Below are positions 30,211 through 40,124 of a stretch of 64,000 bases of DNA, one piece after another. A program made the translations under genes and the position numbers. The DNA lies in contig CAWHDT010000005.1 in the NCBI GenBank assembly GCA_963828195.1, positions 96,001 through 160,000 of the forward strand, read 5' to 3'. The stretch comes from Candidatus Bathyarchaeota archaeon. Lineage in GTDB: Archaea > Thermoproteota > Bathyarchaeia > Bathyarchaeales > Bathycorpusculaceae. Each line of letters opens with the position of its first letter. The first letter of the stretch is position 1. A model generated the notes under the pieces. That model searched no databases, was not told the DNA's origin, and worked only from the letters and a program-made list of their open reading frames with translations.

Positions 30211-30552
30211 ATGGAATTTTGTCCAGAATGCGGTTGCCGGCTTGAACCGAAAAAAATTGACGATGTCGCAGTGCTTGCATGTACAAAATGCAGCTACGTC
30301 AAGCAGGCTACGAACAATAGGGCTCACGCCAGCGTAGTTAAGGTTATTCAGCCAACAACTCAACCCTTTATGACTGTTATAAGCGAAGAAGAACAAAAAA
30401 TCAAGACAATGTCCACAATTCACATGAAATGCGAGAAATGCGACAACACCACGGTGTACGTGTGGCAAGTTCAAACGCGGGGCGGGGACGAGGCATCAAC
30501 ACAATTCATGCGCTGCACAAAATGCGGACACACATTCAGGGAATACTCATAA
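30211..30552 (+). CDS. tfs: Transcription factor S
   Basis: MEFCPECG, CTKC, CEKC...QTRGGDEASTQFMRCTKCGHTFREY with the DE acidic pair. Confidence 0.93.
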   Translation: MEFCPECGCRLEPKKIDDVAVLACTKCSYVKQATNNRAHASVVKVIQPTTQPFMTVISEEEQKIKTMSTIHMKCEKCDNTTVYVWQVQTRGGDEASTQFMRCTKCGHTFREYS

Positions 30553-30619
30553 GGCAACGTCATTCTTTAGAAAGTTATTAAAGCACATATTCGCATAAAG
30601 TAACATCGGAGAATAACAA

Positions 30620-30712
30620 ATGCCGAAAAAAGAAAAACCATTAACTAAAAAAGAACGAGACGCAAAAAGAAAAGCACGAAAAGACAAGGAAAGCAAAACA
30701 CAGAAGTCTTAA
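30620..30712 (+). CDS. 30-aa Lys/Arg-rich small protein (not in ORF track)
   Basis: MPKKEKPLTKKERDAKRKARKDKESKTQKS; GGAGA RBS, TTATTAAA upstream, T-run after the stop. Confidence 0.55.
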   Translation: MPKKEKPLTKKERDAKRKARKDKESKTQKS

Positions 30713-30846
30713 GCTTTTTTGGCCTAAGCCTCTGCTTTACCTTTTTTACAATTTTTATAATCTATTTATTTTTTCCATTTCTATCTTGTATATAAAAATA
30801 AACGACGCTTCACTATTTTTAAGAACTGTTATCCGTTGAAAAATGG

Positions 30847-32796
30847 TTAGGGCGAAGACGGATTTATTATTCTTGTGTCGTAGGTTTGCAGGTAAGCTAT
30901 GTTTGCGGGAGTGTACGGATATGTTTCGTTTGAGGGGTATGGGAAGCTTGTCATTGCTTGGAATGGCAGCGGGTCAACGGTGAATGGCACGTAGGGTAAG
31001 CCTTCGCCTTTGAACCAGCAGCTGGCGACGATAAAGTAGGTTCTTACCCAGCCTTGTGGAACAGGCGGAAGGTTTGATGGAAACTGTATGGAAACCATGT
31101 CGCCTTCGCGCCCAATCACAAACTGGTTGTCAGCTGACTGCAACAACGCTGTTACGTCGCCGTATTTTGTGAATGCGCCGCTGGAGTTTGAGTTTGCAAC
31201 GTACGCTTGCTCCAAAGTGGCGGATGAAGGCTCTATTGTGTGAACGATTATGTTTTGTTGGGGCGTCGTGCTGATGCCGATGTAGTTGAACTGGATGTCT
31301 TGATAGTAGTTGATTCTTAACTCGTAATTGTTAGTTAGAAAGAGACCCGTTAAGTTGACGTCAAATTCGTTGTCGGTTACATGCGGTATCGGAAACTCGC
31401 GATCCTCAGGAACGTTAACCCAGGTTCCATTCGGCGCCAAAACTTGCATGTAAGGAGGCGGAGAAGGTATCACTCCTGGCTCGCTTGCATACGACAAAAA
31501 GTTTTCTCCTCCAGCCGACGTAGTGGGCCAAGTAATTTTAGCCGCCACCACCATGTTGATCTGCGGTGCGCCAGTCAGGTTGCCTAGATTAAGCGTTAAA
31601 TTTTGCCATTGCCACGTGGCTCCAGGCGTGAAGTTGGTTCCATCCGGATTTGAGAGTAATGGCAGAACATTTTGCCCAGCTTGGTTCACCGCGGAGACTG
31701 GCGAAGCTAAGTTATCGCTTACCGTGTACATTGTTCCTTGACCTGTAAGATTGTATATGAATGTGCTCGCTGTTGATAGCACGTTTACGTCTGCTGGATG
31801 GTCTACGGCGACCATTTGGACTGAGTCAAGGTAGAAGATTTCATCGGATGTTTCGGCGATGTGGAAGTTGTAGAACCCGTTGAGCGGCTGCAGTTGTGTT
31901 GAATCCAGTTTTATGTAGTCATAGGGGTAGTTGTAGGAGAAAACCATTGAGCCGTCAGGTTGAAAATACTCCAAATAGCCAAGCCAGCCTGTGCCGTCAT
32001 TAACTTCTGTGACGTAACTGTAGCCTGTTCCATTCCAAACTTCCAACGAGGGACAAGAACCCTGCCTAATGTAGTTTGTAACGGCGTAAGTTTGGCCTTC
32101 CACGTTGAATGTTTGAGTAAGGCTGGTGCTTCCGTCATCCCAGCTTGAAAAGTCGTAGGAGACAAGCCCCCAACCTGCAACTTGAATTTGGCATACAGCG
32201 GGAGCAGTAATTGTGTGAGGTCCAGCGGAGACCAGCGCGCTATATGGTGTTACTTCAGGGGTTCCATCTAAAGTGAACGAGAAACCTGAGGCGCTCGAAA
32301 GATAATTCAGTGTGTATTCGCCTGTTGGAACTATGGTGAATTGATTGCTTTGGCTTCCAGCAGTTATCTGGTATGTTCCGAGGCTGCTCTCATTATATGA
32401 TGCAGATACGGTGCCTGAAGCTCCGGCTGCAAGCTGAACTGGAACGCTTTGAGCAACTTGCCCATCTACGAAGAAAGGTAACAAATACGTGATGTTTGCG
32501 AGACCAATGTTCTGGACATCCATAGTAACGTTGACCAGCTGCCCGGGCCACGCCTCAGTGTTTACCACGTTCAAGTTGGAGTAAATCAGCCCAAGAGGCG
32601 AAGAAGAGGGCAAAGGCACAGGAGTAGGCGAAGGGGAAGGAGAAGGCGAGGGCGAAGAAGTCGGCTGCAACGTCGGCATCAGTTGACTTTGATAAAAATA
32701 ATTTACCGTTACCAACGCGCCAAAAACTATTACGGCGAGAAGGATACCTGCTTGCAACTTACTAACGGCTGAGCGAGAGAGCCTTAATTTATTCAT
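30847..32796 (-). CDS. Secreted/anchored protein with CARDB-like Ig domain and a large C-terminal GSCP-initiated domain
   Basis: N-terminal hydrophobic helix, SP linker, Ig-like NVTMDVQNIG...FFVDGQV, GSCPSLEVWNG, EIFYLD...AVDHP, TKYGDV..LL, VDPLPF. Confidence 0.75.
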   Translation of the reverse strand: MNKLRLSRSAVSKLQAGILLAVIVFGALVTVNYFYQSQLMPTLQPTSSPSPSPSPSPTPVPLPSSSPLGLIYSNLNVVNTEAWPGQLVNVTMDVQNIGLANITYLLPFFVDGQVAQSVPVQLAAGASGTVSASYNESSLGTYQITAGSQSNQFTIVPTGEYTLNYLSSASGFSFTLDGTPEVTPYSALVSAGPHTITAPAVCQIQVAGWGLVSYDFSSWDDGSTSLTQTFNVEGQTYAVTNYIRQGSCPSLEVWNGTGYSYVTEVNDGTGWLGYLEYFQPDGSMVFSYNYPYDYIKLDSTQLQPLNGFYNFHIAETSDEIFYLDSVQMVAVDHPADVNVLSTASTFIYNLTGQGTMYTVSDNLASPVSAVNQAGQNVLPLLSNPDGTNFTPGATWQWQNLTLNLGNLTGAPQINMVVAAKITWPTTSAGGENFLSYASEPGVIPSPPPYMQVLAPNGTWVNVPEDREFPIPHVTDNEFDVNLTGLFLTNNYELRINYYQDIQFNYIGISTTPQQNIIVHTIEPSSATLEQAYVANSNSSGAFTKYGDVTALLQSADNQFVIGREGDMVSIQFPSNLPPVPQGWVRTYFIVASCWFKGEGLPYVPFTVDPLPFQAMTSFPYPSNETYPYTPANIAYLQTYDTRIINPSSP

Positions 32797-33411
32797 TGAT
32801 TTCTATAGTTATGATAATTGTCTCATTTAACAATTTCTTTTTTCGGCAAACTGAGAACCCAGCCAACAGATACATCTGTTTCGCCAACTGACCTTCGCTA
32901 AGCTTCCACGAACACACGCAGATATTTATGTTAGCTGCCGATTTTAACAATACTGCGAAAGTATCAACGGCGCCAATGAAGATAATTGCACGTTTGGATC
33001 GGGTTCAGCAAACTGCTGTTTCCCAAAGATGACTTAAAATTAAAATGCGTTCTGAGGTGCCAAAAACTTTTTCTTAGCCGCGAATGATGCCGCCCACAAA
33101 AAAGTGGCTTTAACGAATTTTGGGTTTTTTGCTTCGTTAACTTATTTGAACAAAATTGATGACGATTTTAGCCGAAATTAATCGTTTGTTTATAAGCAGC
33201 TTAGAAGATATTTTAATGTGGCTTAAGTCGCAATGCAAAGTCAAGGGGAAGGCTAGGTTTGATATCGGATAACAAAATTATGTTTGGAGAAACTTATAAG
33301 TGCAGAATTTGTTCAGCGAAATTTGCTAATCCTGAAGAACTAAGAATCCACCGTATGGTTAGCCACAAAGGCCACATGCTCATCATCAAACGTTAAGGCT
33401 GCACGTATATT

Positions 33412-33732
33412 ATGTCCAAGACTTCTCAAGCTCTAGCATGCTGGTTCATCCGAGACGGCGCGAAATTGGTGCAGTGCAGCAAAGACGATTTTGACAAAGC
33501 CATCGCTGAAGGAAAAAGCGTGAAGTACCGTGGCTACGCGAACAAAAAAAGTGAACACATAGCGGATCAGTTGGAGGAGTCCCGAATGGCATTTCTAAGC
33601 AACCCAGAGTGTCCCCCGAAATTCCGAGAAGTAATAACAAATCCGAGAAATGTCGTTGAAGTCCAGATAATACTGGTTGATGACCCCCAGTTTTGGCAGA
33701 GAGAGTCCAAGCGAACCAAATACCACGAATGA
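33412..33732 (+). CDS. Hypothetical protein
   Basis: 106-aa ATG ORF with globular composition; no motif recognised. Confidence 0.55.
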   Translation: MSKTSQALACWFIRDGAKLVQCSKDDFDKAIAEGKSVKYRGYANKKSEHIADQLEESRMAFLSNPECPPKFREVITNPRNVVEVQIILVDDPQFWQRESKRTKYHE

Positions 33733-33766
33733 AACAAATTTTTTGTTTGGTTCAGCAGTATCCCAA

Positions 33767-33910
33767 AGAGGATTCAGGTTTTGTGAGCCTAAAACCCAGA
33801 GAGAAATCGCTGACTTCCTCTGCACCACCGAGGTTTTAATTAGAAAATCATACAACAGTTGGTTGAACGAGTTTCCACAGTTCTTCACAGATTTAACAAT
33901 AAAAATGTAG
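33767..33910 (+). pseudogene. C-terminal fragment of a TFB/cyclin-fold HTH protein
   Basis: KTQREIADFLCTTEVLIRKSY resembles the TFB C-terminal TQREIA...VTEVTIR..Y; no plausible N-terminal part. Confidence 0.5.
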
Positions 33911-34008
33911 GACAGGTTAGCGAAGAAAAACCTCTTGGGCCTCGGTCGGGGGACCTGAAATTTTTGCGCTGAGAAGCTAAAAACCGATTGCGGGTATGAA
34001 TGGCGGGT

Positions 34009-34338
34009 TCAGTTAATCGTGACGTCGGAGAAAAGGGGGTAAATATTTGTTGCAGGTGGATTGCTGCTTTTCGTTTGGATACTTACCCCTGTAAGATTGC
34101 TCTCAACTGCCATGCAACTTTCAAATATTATGCCTCTTTTAGTTTTGTTAAAATAGGCGATTAACGCAAACTCGACAATTCCGCCGTTCACACTAACAAG
34201 AATGTAGGACCATTCGCCCAAAGCAGGGAAAATAATCACGTAAATAACGATGTTTAACATGAAAACGCTTAAGCCTATAACATTATATTTTATGTAACGC
34301 AAAGCCCATTTTTTAAAGATTAATCTAAACTGGCCCAT
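34009..34338 (-). CDS. GtrA-like small membrane protein
   Basis: RYIKYNVIGLSVFMLN; GAGGGAG RBS. Confidence 0.6.
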   Translation of the reverse strand: MGQFRLIFKKWALRYIKYNVIGLSVFMLNIVIYVIIFPALGEWSYILVSVNGGIVEFALIAYFNKTKRGIIFESCMAVESNLTGVSIQTKSSNPPATNIYPLFSDVTIN

Positions 34339-34612
34339 GCTCCCTCATCTCCACCAATGCAGTAACAGTGCATGACTCCATTAATAATTTTTGGCGTAAC
34401 CGCTCAGACTGCCCAGTCTTTCTAACTTTGCAAAGCCAACCGTGAAATAAAAAATACAGCTTAACCGTACTCCCATGATAAGGGTTTCAGCGCTTCAACA
34501 AAGAAGCCAAGCCAGCGAACCCCTTAAGAATTAAAAATCAAATAAAACATCACCGATATTTGATTTTCACCGCATAACCTAAATAAACCATTTTCCCTTA
34601 TCCACCTTCACC

Positions 34613-35146
34613 TTGAACCCAGAAAAAGTTGTATTCCCCGATTCTGCAGGTTTTCGATGCAAAAACTGCGGTGTCTGCTGCCATATGCAGCCGCCTGAAG
34701 TAGATGCGGTGGAGCGGAAACAGATAGAAGCAAAAGGGGTGAGAGATTTTTGCGATGCGCCTGACGAGACAGGGCTTGTTTGGATACGCAGTAAAAAAGA
34801 CGGCGGATGTTTCTTTCTAACAAAAAACAATAGATGCTCAATCTATGAAGTAAGACCTGCAATATGCAGGCTCGAACCCTTCACCATAGCCGACTACGAT
34901 TACGAGAAAAACAGGATAGAGCTGGAGTTAGATTTTCCGTTTTCAAGCTGCTGCGCAGGCAGCTGCGGTGAAAAAGAAATATTGCGCATCGAAGAAATCG
35001 CCAAAGCGGCTCAAACGGTTGTTCAGAAAATTTCAGCGTTGACCGCCAAAGACATGAATCTCGCGGTGACGGATAAGCGGGTTCAGTCTGAAACGCGGTC
35101 GAGGCTGCTGCGAAGAAGAATAGAACTTGCAGACCTGCAATTTTAG
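34613..35146 (+). CDS. YkgJ/CxxCxxCC family Zn/Fe cluster protein
   Basis: CKNCGVCC, CFFL, CSIYEVRPAICRLEPF. Confidence 0.88.
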   Translation: MNPEKVVFPDSAGFRCKNCGVCCHMQPPEVDAVERKQIEAKGVRDFCDAPDETGLVWIRSKKDGGCFFLTKNNRCSIYEVRPAICRLEPFTIADYDYEKNRIELELDFPFSSCCAGSCGEKEILRIEEIAKAAQTVVQKISALTAKDMNLAVTDKRVQSETRSRLLRRRIELADLQF

Positions 35147-35218
35147 TTAACGGAGCAAGCCGTACCAAGGGATTCAAGCAATCTATTTTAGATATGAAGA
35201 ATACTTCAACTGGATTAA

Positions 35219-35992
35219 ATGAGTAAAGATAAATCGATCTTGAGATTGAATTTGGCGGCGGTTAACCAATCTCTCTGTCATGTAGAGAAAAATTGGAAAA
35301 AGATTGATGACGAATTAGATTTAAAAAAGATCGGGAGAAAGGACACCTTCAACGCCGACGTCAGGATGAAAATGATGAGTGCCTATGGGTTGCTTGACGA
35401 TTTGCTTGACAAAGGGGTTGAGCCATTCTCGATTGAAAGTCTGGAAGACATATGTGAATTAAATAATTTGGTCCATTATGGATTAGATTCTAGGTTAAGG
35501 CTGGAATACAATAAGGCAATTAGGGCTAATGAAGAAAAATACTTCAGAAACATTGATCCCATAATAAAATACTATGAAAACCACATGAAGAAAGAGCCGC
35601 ATCCCTTGAAAGTAGCGTCAGAAGTGTATGTCGCAGTGCTGGGTCACCCGCAACTATTCATCGAAGGCAACCACCGCACAGGCAACCTAATCTCCAGCTG
35701 GATCAACATGTACTACGGATATCCCCCGTTCGTGCTCAGCGAAAAAAACGCGATCCCATACTTCAAACCGTCCGCCGACATCAAAAAGTTTGCAGATAAG
35801 AGCACTTGGAGAGGAAGATCACGCCTTCCAAAATATCGGAAATCATTTAAAGAATTTTGGGAAAAATACATAGATTGGAAATACGTTTTGAAAGATTCTG
35901 AAAGTAAAAATGTGAAAGATCAAGTGGGTGGCGAAGCAGATTCTTTCTTTATGTGGTGGAAAACACATCAAAAAAGCGGTAACTCGGAATGA
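35219..35992 (+). CDS. Fic/Doc-like protein
   Basis: HPQLFIEGNHRTG, ELNNLVHYG, GYPPFVL. Confidence 0.7.
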   Translation: MSKDKSILRLNLAAVNQSLCHVEKNWKKIDDELDLKKIGRKDTFNADVRMKMMSAYGLLDDLLDKGVEPFSIESLEDICELNNLVHYGLDSRLRLEYNKAIRANEEKYFRNIDPIIKYYENHMKKEPHPLKVASEVYVAVLGHPQLFIEGNHRTGNLISSWINMYYGYPPFVLSEKNAIPYFKPSADIKKFADKSTWRGRSRLPKYRKSFKEFWEKYIDWKYVLKDSESKNVKDQVGGEADSFFMWWKTHQKSGNSE

Positions 35993-36252
35993 ATTTGCTT
36001 TTAACGAGTTAGATGGTTCTGATCAGATTTGTAACATCAAAACTTTTTGACTTGGAAAGTTCCAGCAGTTGAGAAAACAGGGATACCGATTGGCAAGGGA
36101 ATAAGCTCATTTTATATCCTGATCTCTTTTACGGGAGTTTGTGACTAAATTTATTATCAGAATGTGTTCGAAACGACAGAAGCAAATGCTGTTTGTCTAA
36201 TTGGAGTATCTTTATTTTTATCGTTAACATATCTGTAGTTTAAGAAACAACG

Positions 36253-36441
36253 ATGGATTACCAACTAGTAGTAAGACTTTCTGGAATTGCTGTTTTAGAC
36301 GTTATTCTACTGTATGCAGCTTTTTTATATTACGATAAAAATCAAACAATTTCGTTTGTTTCATTGCTCATGGCGGTAATTGTTACTTTAGCTTACGTGC
36401 TTTCAACACTATTTTTTAAGAATGCGCAAAAGCAACCCTAA
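36253..36441 (+). CDS. Small two-TM membrane protein
   Basis: 62 aa, two hydrophobic helices, ATG start. Confidence 0.55.
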   Translation: MDYQLVVRLSGIAVLDVILLYAAFLYYDKNQTISFVSLLMAVIVTLAYVLSTLFFKNAQKQP

Positions 36442-36487
36442 TATGAGGGAATGCGCCAAAGCTTTTAAACAATCGGTAGCCATATCA

Positions 36488-36823
36488 ATGTCGAGGGAAA
36501 TTGAAACGTTCTGTCCTTCATGCGGCAAACAAGTCAATGAAAACGATAATTTTTGTCCATATTGCGCCACACCGTTACACGTTCAAAATCAACCGATGCA
36601 ACAAGCTTCGTCGCCAACTCAGCCGTCATCGCCACCTATTTATACGAGCGTTCCGCCAAAAACAGAGAATATTTCTAACGCATGGTTTCTTGTTCCGCTA
36701 ATTTTCAGTATTGTCGGAGGCTTCGTTGCTTACTGGTTGCTGAGGAAACGGGATCCAAATAAAGCAAAGCTGATGATTGGAGTCGGCGCTATAGTTTTCA
36801 TTATTGAGATTCTGCTGATATAA
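36488..36823 (+). CDS. Zinc-ribbon membrane protein
   Basis: FCPSCG...FCPYC, Pro/Gln linker, WFLVPLIFSIVGG two-TM tail. Confidence 0.8.
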   Translation: MSREIETFCPSCGKQVNENDNFCPYCATPLHVQNQPMQQASSPTQPSSPPIYTSVPPKTENISNAWFLVPLIFSIVGGFVAYWLLRKRDPNKAKLMIGVGAIVFIIEILLI

Positions 36824-36969
36824 GCCGCCAATTTTCCAAGCAACGCTCGTTTTGAAACTCCCTGCGTCGAAGACTGGTTTGAAAAATGAAGACAACAGTG
36901 TAGAAAGGATCAAAAAGAGGGAAACTGAAGGTTCACTCGGGCTTTGGGTTGGCCCTGTTTTCGCTCTTC

Positions 36970-37599
36970 TTAACTTGGTTCTTGGAACAGCGAGTCTGGA
37001 AGCGAAGGATTAATTTGGATGTTGGTGAACGTCGCCGTGTCTCCCGCGTTGGGTTGTCCACTTGGGATTGTGTAGGTGAAACTTCCTGAGCCGCCATAGT
37101 ATTCTAGCATGTTAACGTACACTCCTGCCGTTGATTGTACAGTGGACGAGATGTCTGCGTATTCAGTGGAAATGTCTGTCCATTGGCCGTTTTGGTATAT
37201 CCAAGCCTTTTGTTGGCCTCCATTTATAATGTATATAATGGTGCCGCTTGAAGGCGTTGTCGCCACCCAATACAAATCTACACTAGATGTCCCGAGATTT
37301 TTGGTAGCATAATACAACGTGCCCAGTACCGTACCGTTAGCAGCAGTGTCTGTCTCATTAAACTCGTAACTGGTTGCCGTTGCTATTTTGCTAGTTGAGG
37401 TTGAAGTAGGTGAAGATGTAGGTGTTGCCGATGACGAAGGTTTAGGCGTTGTAGAGCTGCTCGGGCTGGTTCCGCTGCTGCGTGTAGCCAAATAGACGCC
37501 GACTCCCACCACGATGACTGCGATGACAATTATGACGACTATAATTATCGCGCTTATTCCACGCAAGCTTTTTTTATTTAATATTTTTCTCTCGACCAT
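36970..37599 (-). CDS. Surface protein with class III (pilin-type) signal peptide
   Basis: KKSLRG/ISAIIIVVIIVIAV, Ser/Thr linker, beta-rich domain ending NPSLPDSLFQ. Confidence 0.75.
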   Translation of the reverse strand: MVERKILNKKSLRGISAIIIVVIIVIAVIVVGVGVYLATRSSGTSPSSSTTPKPSSSATPTSSPTSTSTSKIATATSYEFNETDTAANGTVLGTLYYATKNLGTSSVDLYWVATTPSSGTIIYIINGGQQKAWIYQNGQWTDISTEYADISSTVQSTAGVYVNMLEYYGGSGSFTYTIPSGQPNAGDTATFTNIQINPSLPDSLFQEPS

Positions 37600-37642
37600 T
37601 TTTAATTCCCCATCATAATATTGTTTGCAACCAAGTGCATGT

Positions 37643-37687
37643 TAGCATCAAAGTTTTCAAGTTCCTTGAAAAACACGCTTGATGCTA
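37643..37687 (-). promoter_or_regulatory. Long stem-loop upstream of the pilin-signal gene
   Basis: TAGCATCAA/TTGATGCTA outer arms enclosing TTTTCAAG-TTC-CTTGAAAA. Confidence 0.5.
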
Positions 37688-37969
37688 TCACTATTTGTTA
37701 TGTTGTAATTAGTTAATAGCGTATGTTGCTATCATACCACAGTCACAAGACATCAGATAGGAATTAACGACATTCTTATCAACAAAAGTTGCAGTCCCTG
37801 CTGCCTGCCAACAATAGTTGAACCAGAAGTAGGCTAATTACGATTCAGACAATTAAAAATTTCAACCAGGAACCAATCCGCAATAAATGGGTTATGGCTG
37901 GTGTTGGTCGTAACCAACCTTAGGGCTTTATTTAGGGTCCACGCTCACACTATCTAATCTCTAGGCTTA

Positions 37970-38540
37970 CTATTGCAGGCTGGTAGGAGCTTTCTCTGCA
38001 AAAGGAGTATTGTTTTTAGAGGCAAATATTAGGTCATGCATTAAATTGAAATTTGAGTCTTTAGCAAACCGGTTTTTTATGAATTCTGAAAAATAGTTGC
38101 CGGTTAATTCTTGGACCTTTTTTTCGTCGCTGACGTATTTTAGGTGCAGCAGTTCATGTATCAACGCGGCTCGTGCTCTGTTGCCGACGAATGTAAACAG
38201 GTAGTCTTTTCCGTATTTCTTTCGGAACGCATAGCAGAAGTTGAAGGTTTTGGGGTAAATGCGGATTCGGCCCCTGAAAGTGTCGCATCTGCCGACGATG
38301 TTGAACCCGTTTTTTCTGCGAGCGGGAAAAACAGCGATATCCACGGTGTTAACGGTTTTTTCCCTCAATGTTTTCTACTGAAAGCATAGAGCTTAGAAAT
38401 TCTTGGAAGGAAGATTTTCTTAACGCTTTCAAAGTAAAGCGGGAATAATTTTTGTAAAAACCAGAATGCTTAGAGAAAGATTTGTCATATTCAAGAGCTA
38501 TGTTTATTTTGTCATAGAGCACCAAGTTTTGTTGTAGCAT
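37970..38540 (-). pseudogene. Frameshifted HExxH zinc-metallopeptidase-like gene (38349-38540 plus 37970-38368)
   Basis: Removing one base from GAGGGAAAAAACC joins ...VENIE to KTVNTVD...ALIHELLHLKY into one ORF of ~189 aa. Confidence 0.7.
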
Positions 38541-38553
38541 ACTTATCGAAGGT

Positions 38554-38760
38554 TTACAGTGGATTAGTTTGCACTAGAAAAACGCTGTTCTTGTTCATCT
38601 TGGAGGGAGAACGTGTGAATCCATACGAATTGGCACAAGCATCCAGTCGGTGACTAGCAGAACACCTGATTCCAACAGTCTGCCCATTTTGCGAAATCCA
38701 AACAATTCGCCCCATTCGAGTACACTGAGGGCACTGCGCATAATCGCCGACAGTTACCAT
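38554..38760 (-). CDS. Small zinc-finger protein
   Basis: CPQC...C..SH ligands; GAGG before ATG; directly upstream of the HExxH gene. Confidence 0.7.
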   Translation of the reverse strand: MVTVGDYAQCPQCTRMGRIVWISQNGQTVGIRCSASHRLDACANSYGFTRSPSKMNKNSVFLVQTNPL

Positions 38761-39241
38761 GTTAAAGCCTCGGTTCTTGTCATATTACGCGTACAGCCAC
38801 TATGTGTAGCTGAGTTTGATTCAACAAAATTTTTCCCTAAACTAAATCTTAACATGTACATTTTTTTCCCCTCTATCTTTTGAAAAGTAAGCCAGTAACC
38901 CAAACCCACGCGAGCGCAAAAGAGACTTTTCATCTATAACATAGTCTACTCTGCTTATAAACAAACGTTAAAAAAAATCCTTGTTCTCAACAAAATTCAT
39001 TAAATAAAATGTTCGTTGTCTCTACATTTTCTGGTTCTCCAAAGCGCCCTGCACAAAATATTTCAAAAACAACAATACGTGACGTCTTTTTTCCAGATGT
39101 TTTGAGAAGCATAAGGTGGTGTTATGTTGGTTGTAACCGTAGACTATAAAAAAACATTTGGTTCTCGTTGGCTTGAATCGAGCGCATCCTTATATAAGTC
39201 TTCGAAATTTTAAAGTTACAAGTTAAATTAGAGGTTAAGTT

Positions 39242-39961
39242 ATGGCTGCATTTGCACAACCAGGCGCATATGATTATGCAAACACCGTTTTCTCCCCAGA
39301 TGGACGGCTCTACCAAGTTGAATATGCCCGAGAACTAGTTAATCGCGGCGGCACCATTATAGGCATCAAATGTGCAGAAGGCGTCGTTCTGGCTTCAGAA
39401 GAAAACAGCGAAAACTTCGAAGAAACAGACCACTCATGGAAAATTTTTAAAATCGACGAACACATCGCAACAGCCATAGTAGGCTTAAGTTCCGACGCAA
39501 GAGTGCTAATTGACCACGCACGCCTCAGTGCCCAAAGCAACAAACTAGCCTATGATGAACCCATCGATGCAGATGCCTTAACCCAAAAAATATGCAACAT
39601 CCAACAAACCTACACACAACAAGGCGGGGGACGACCCTTCGGCGTCGCCATGATCATAGGCGGAGTAGACAAAACAGGCGCACACATACTTCGAACTCAC
39701 CCGAGCGGAAACTACACGGGATACAAAGCCACCGCAATAGGCGCAGGAACAGAAACAGTTCTGCCAATGCTGCAAGACGCCTACCGAGAAGACTTAACAC
39801 TTGAAAACTGCATAAAACTCGCAGTAAAATGCCTACTAAAAACCCTAAAAGAACGGGAGCTCCCCCCAAAAATAACGATTGCCACAATACCTACCGCAAC
39901 AAAAAAACTGGATATGCTATCTGACAAAGCGGTAGAAGGCTACATCAAAGAGACTTCTTAA
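39242..39961 (+). CDS. psmA: Proteasome subunit alpha (divergent copy)
   Basis: YD...TVFSPDGRLYQVEYA, KIFKIDEH, GLSSDARVL, YTQQGGGRPFGV, ATAIGAG. Confidence 0.93.
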   Translation: MAAFAQPGAYDYANTVFSPDGRLYQVEYARELVNRGGTIIGIKCAEGVVLASEENSENFEETDHSWKIFKIDEHIATAIVGLSSDARVLIDHARLSAQSNKLAYDEPIDADALTQKICNIQQTYTQQGGGRPFGVAMIIGGVDKTGAHILRTHPSGNYTGYKATAIGAGTETVLPMLQDAYREDLTLENCIKLAVKCLLKTLKERELPPKITIATIPTATKKLDMLSDKAVEGYIKETS

Positions 39962-40124
39962 CTCCAAAAAGCTGTTTCTTTACGTGTTTCTTGTTAAAAA
40001 CAGAGGCGATTAGACCAAAAGGCAGTATGCTTGCTCCACCGAGTTATCGCTTCTAAAAATGGGCTGGTGATACTCAACAGTTATAGTTCACAGGGAAAAA
40101 TTATTAGAACAACCTGTTACACAT

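Noticed and set aside
38356-38364. Programmed -1 frameshift at G GGA AAA
   Set aside because: The heptamer looks slippery, but the downstream domain lies in the +1 frame
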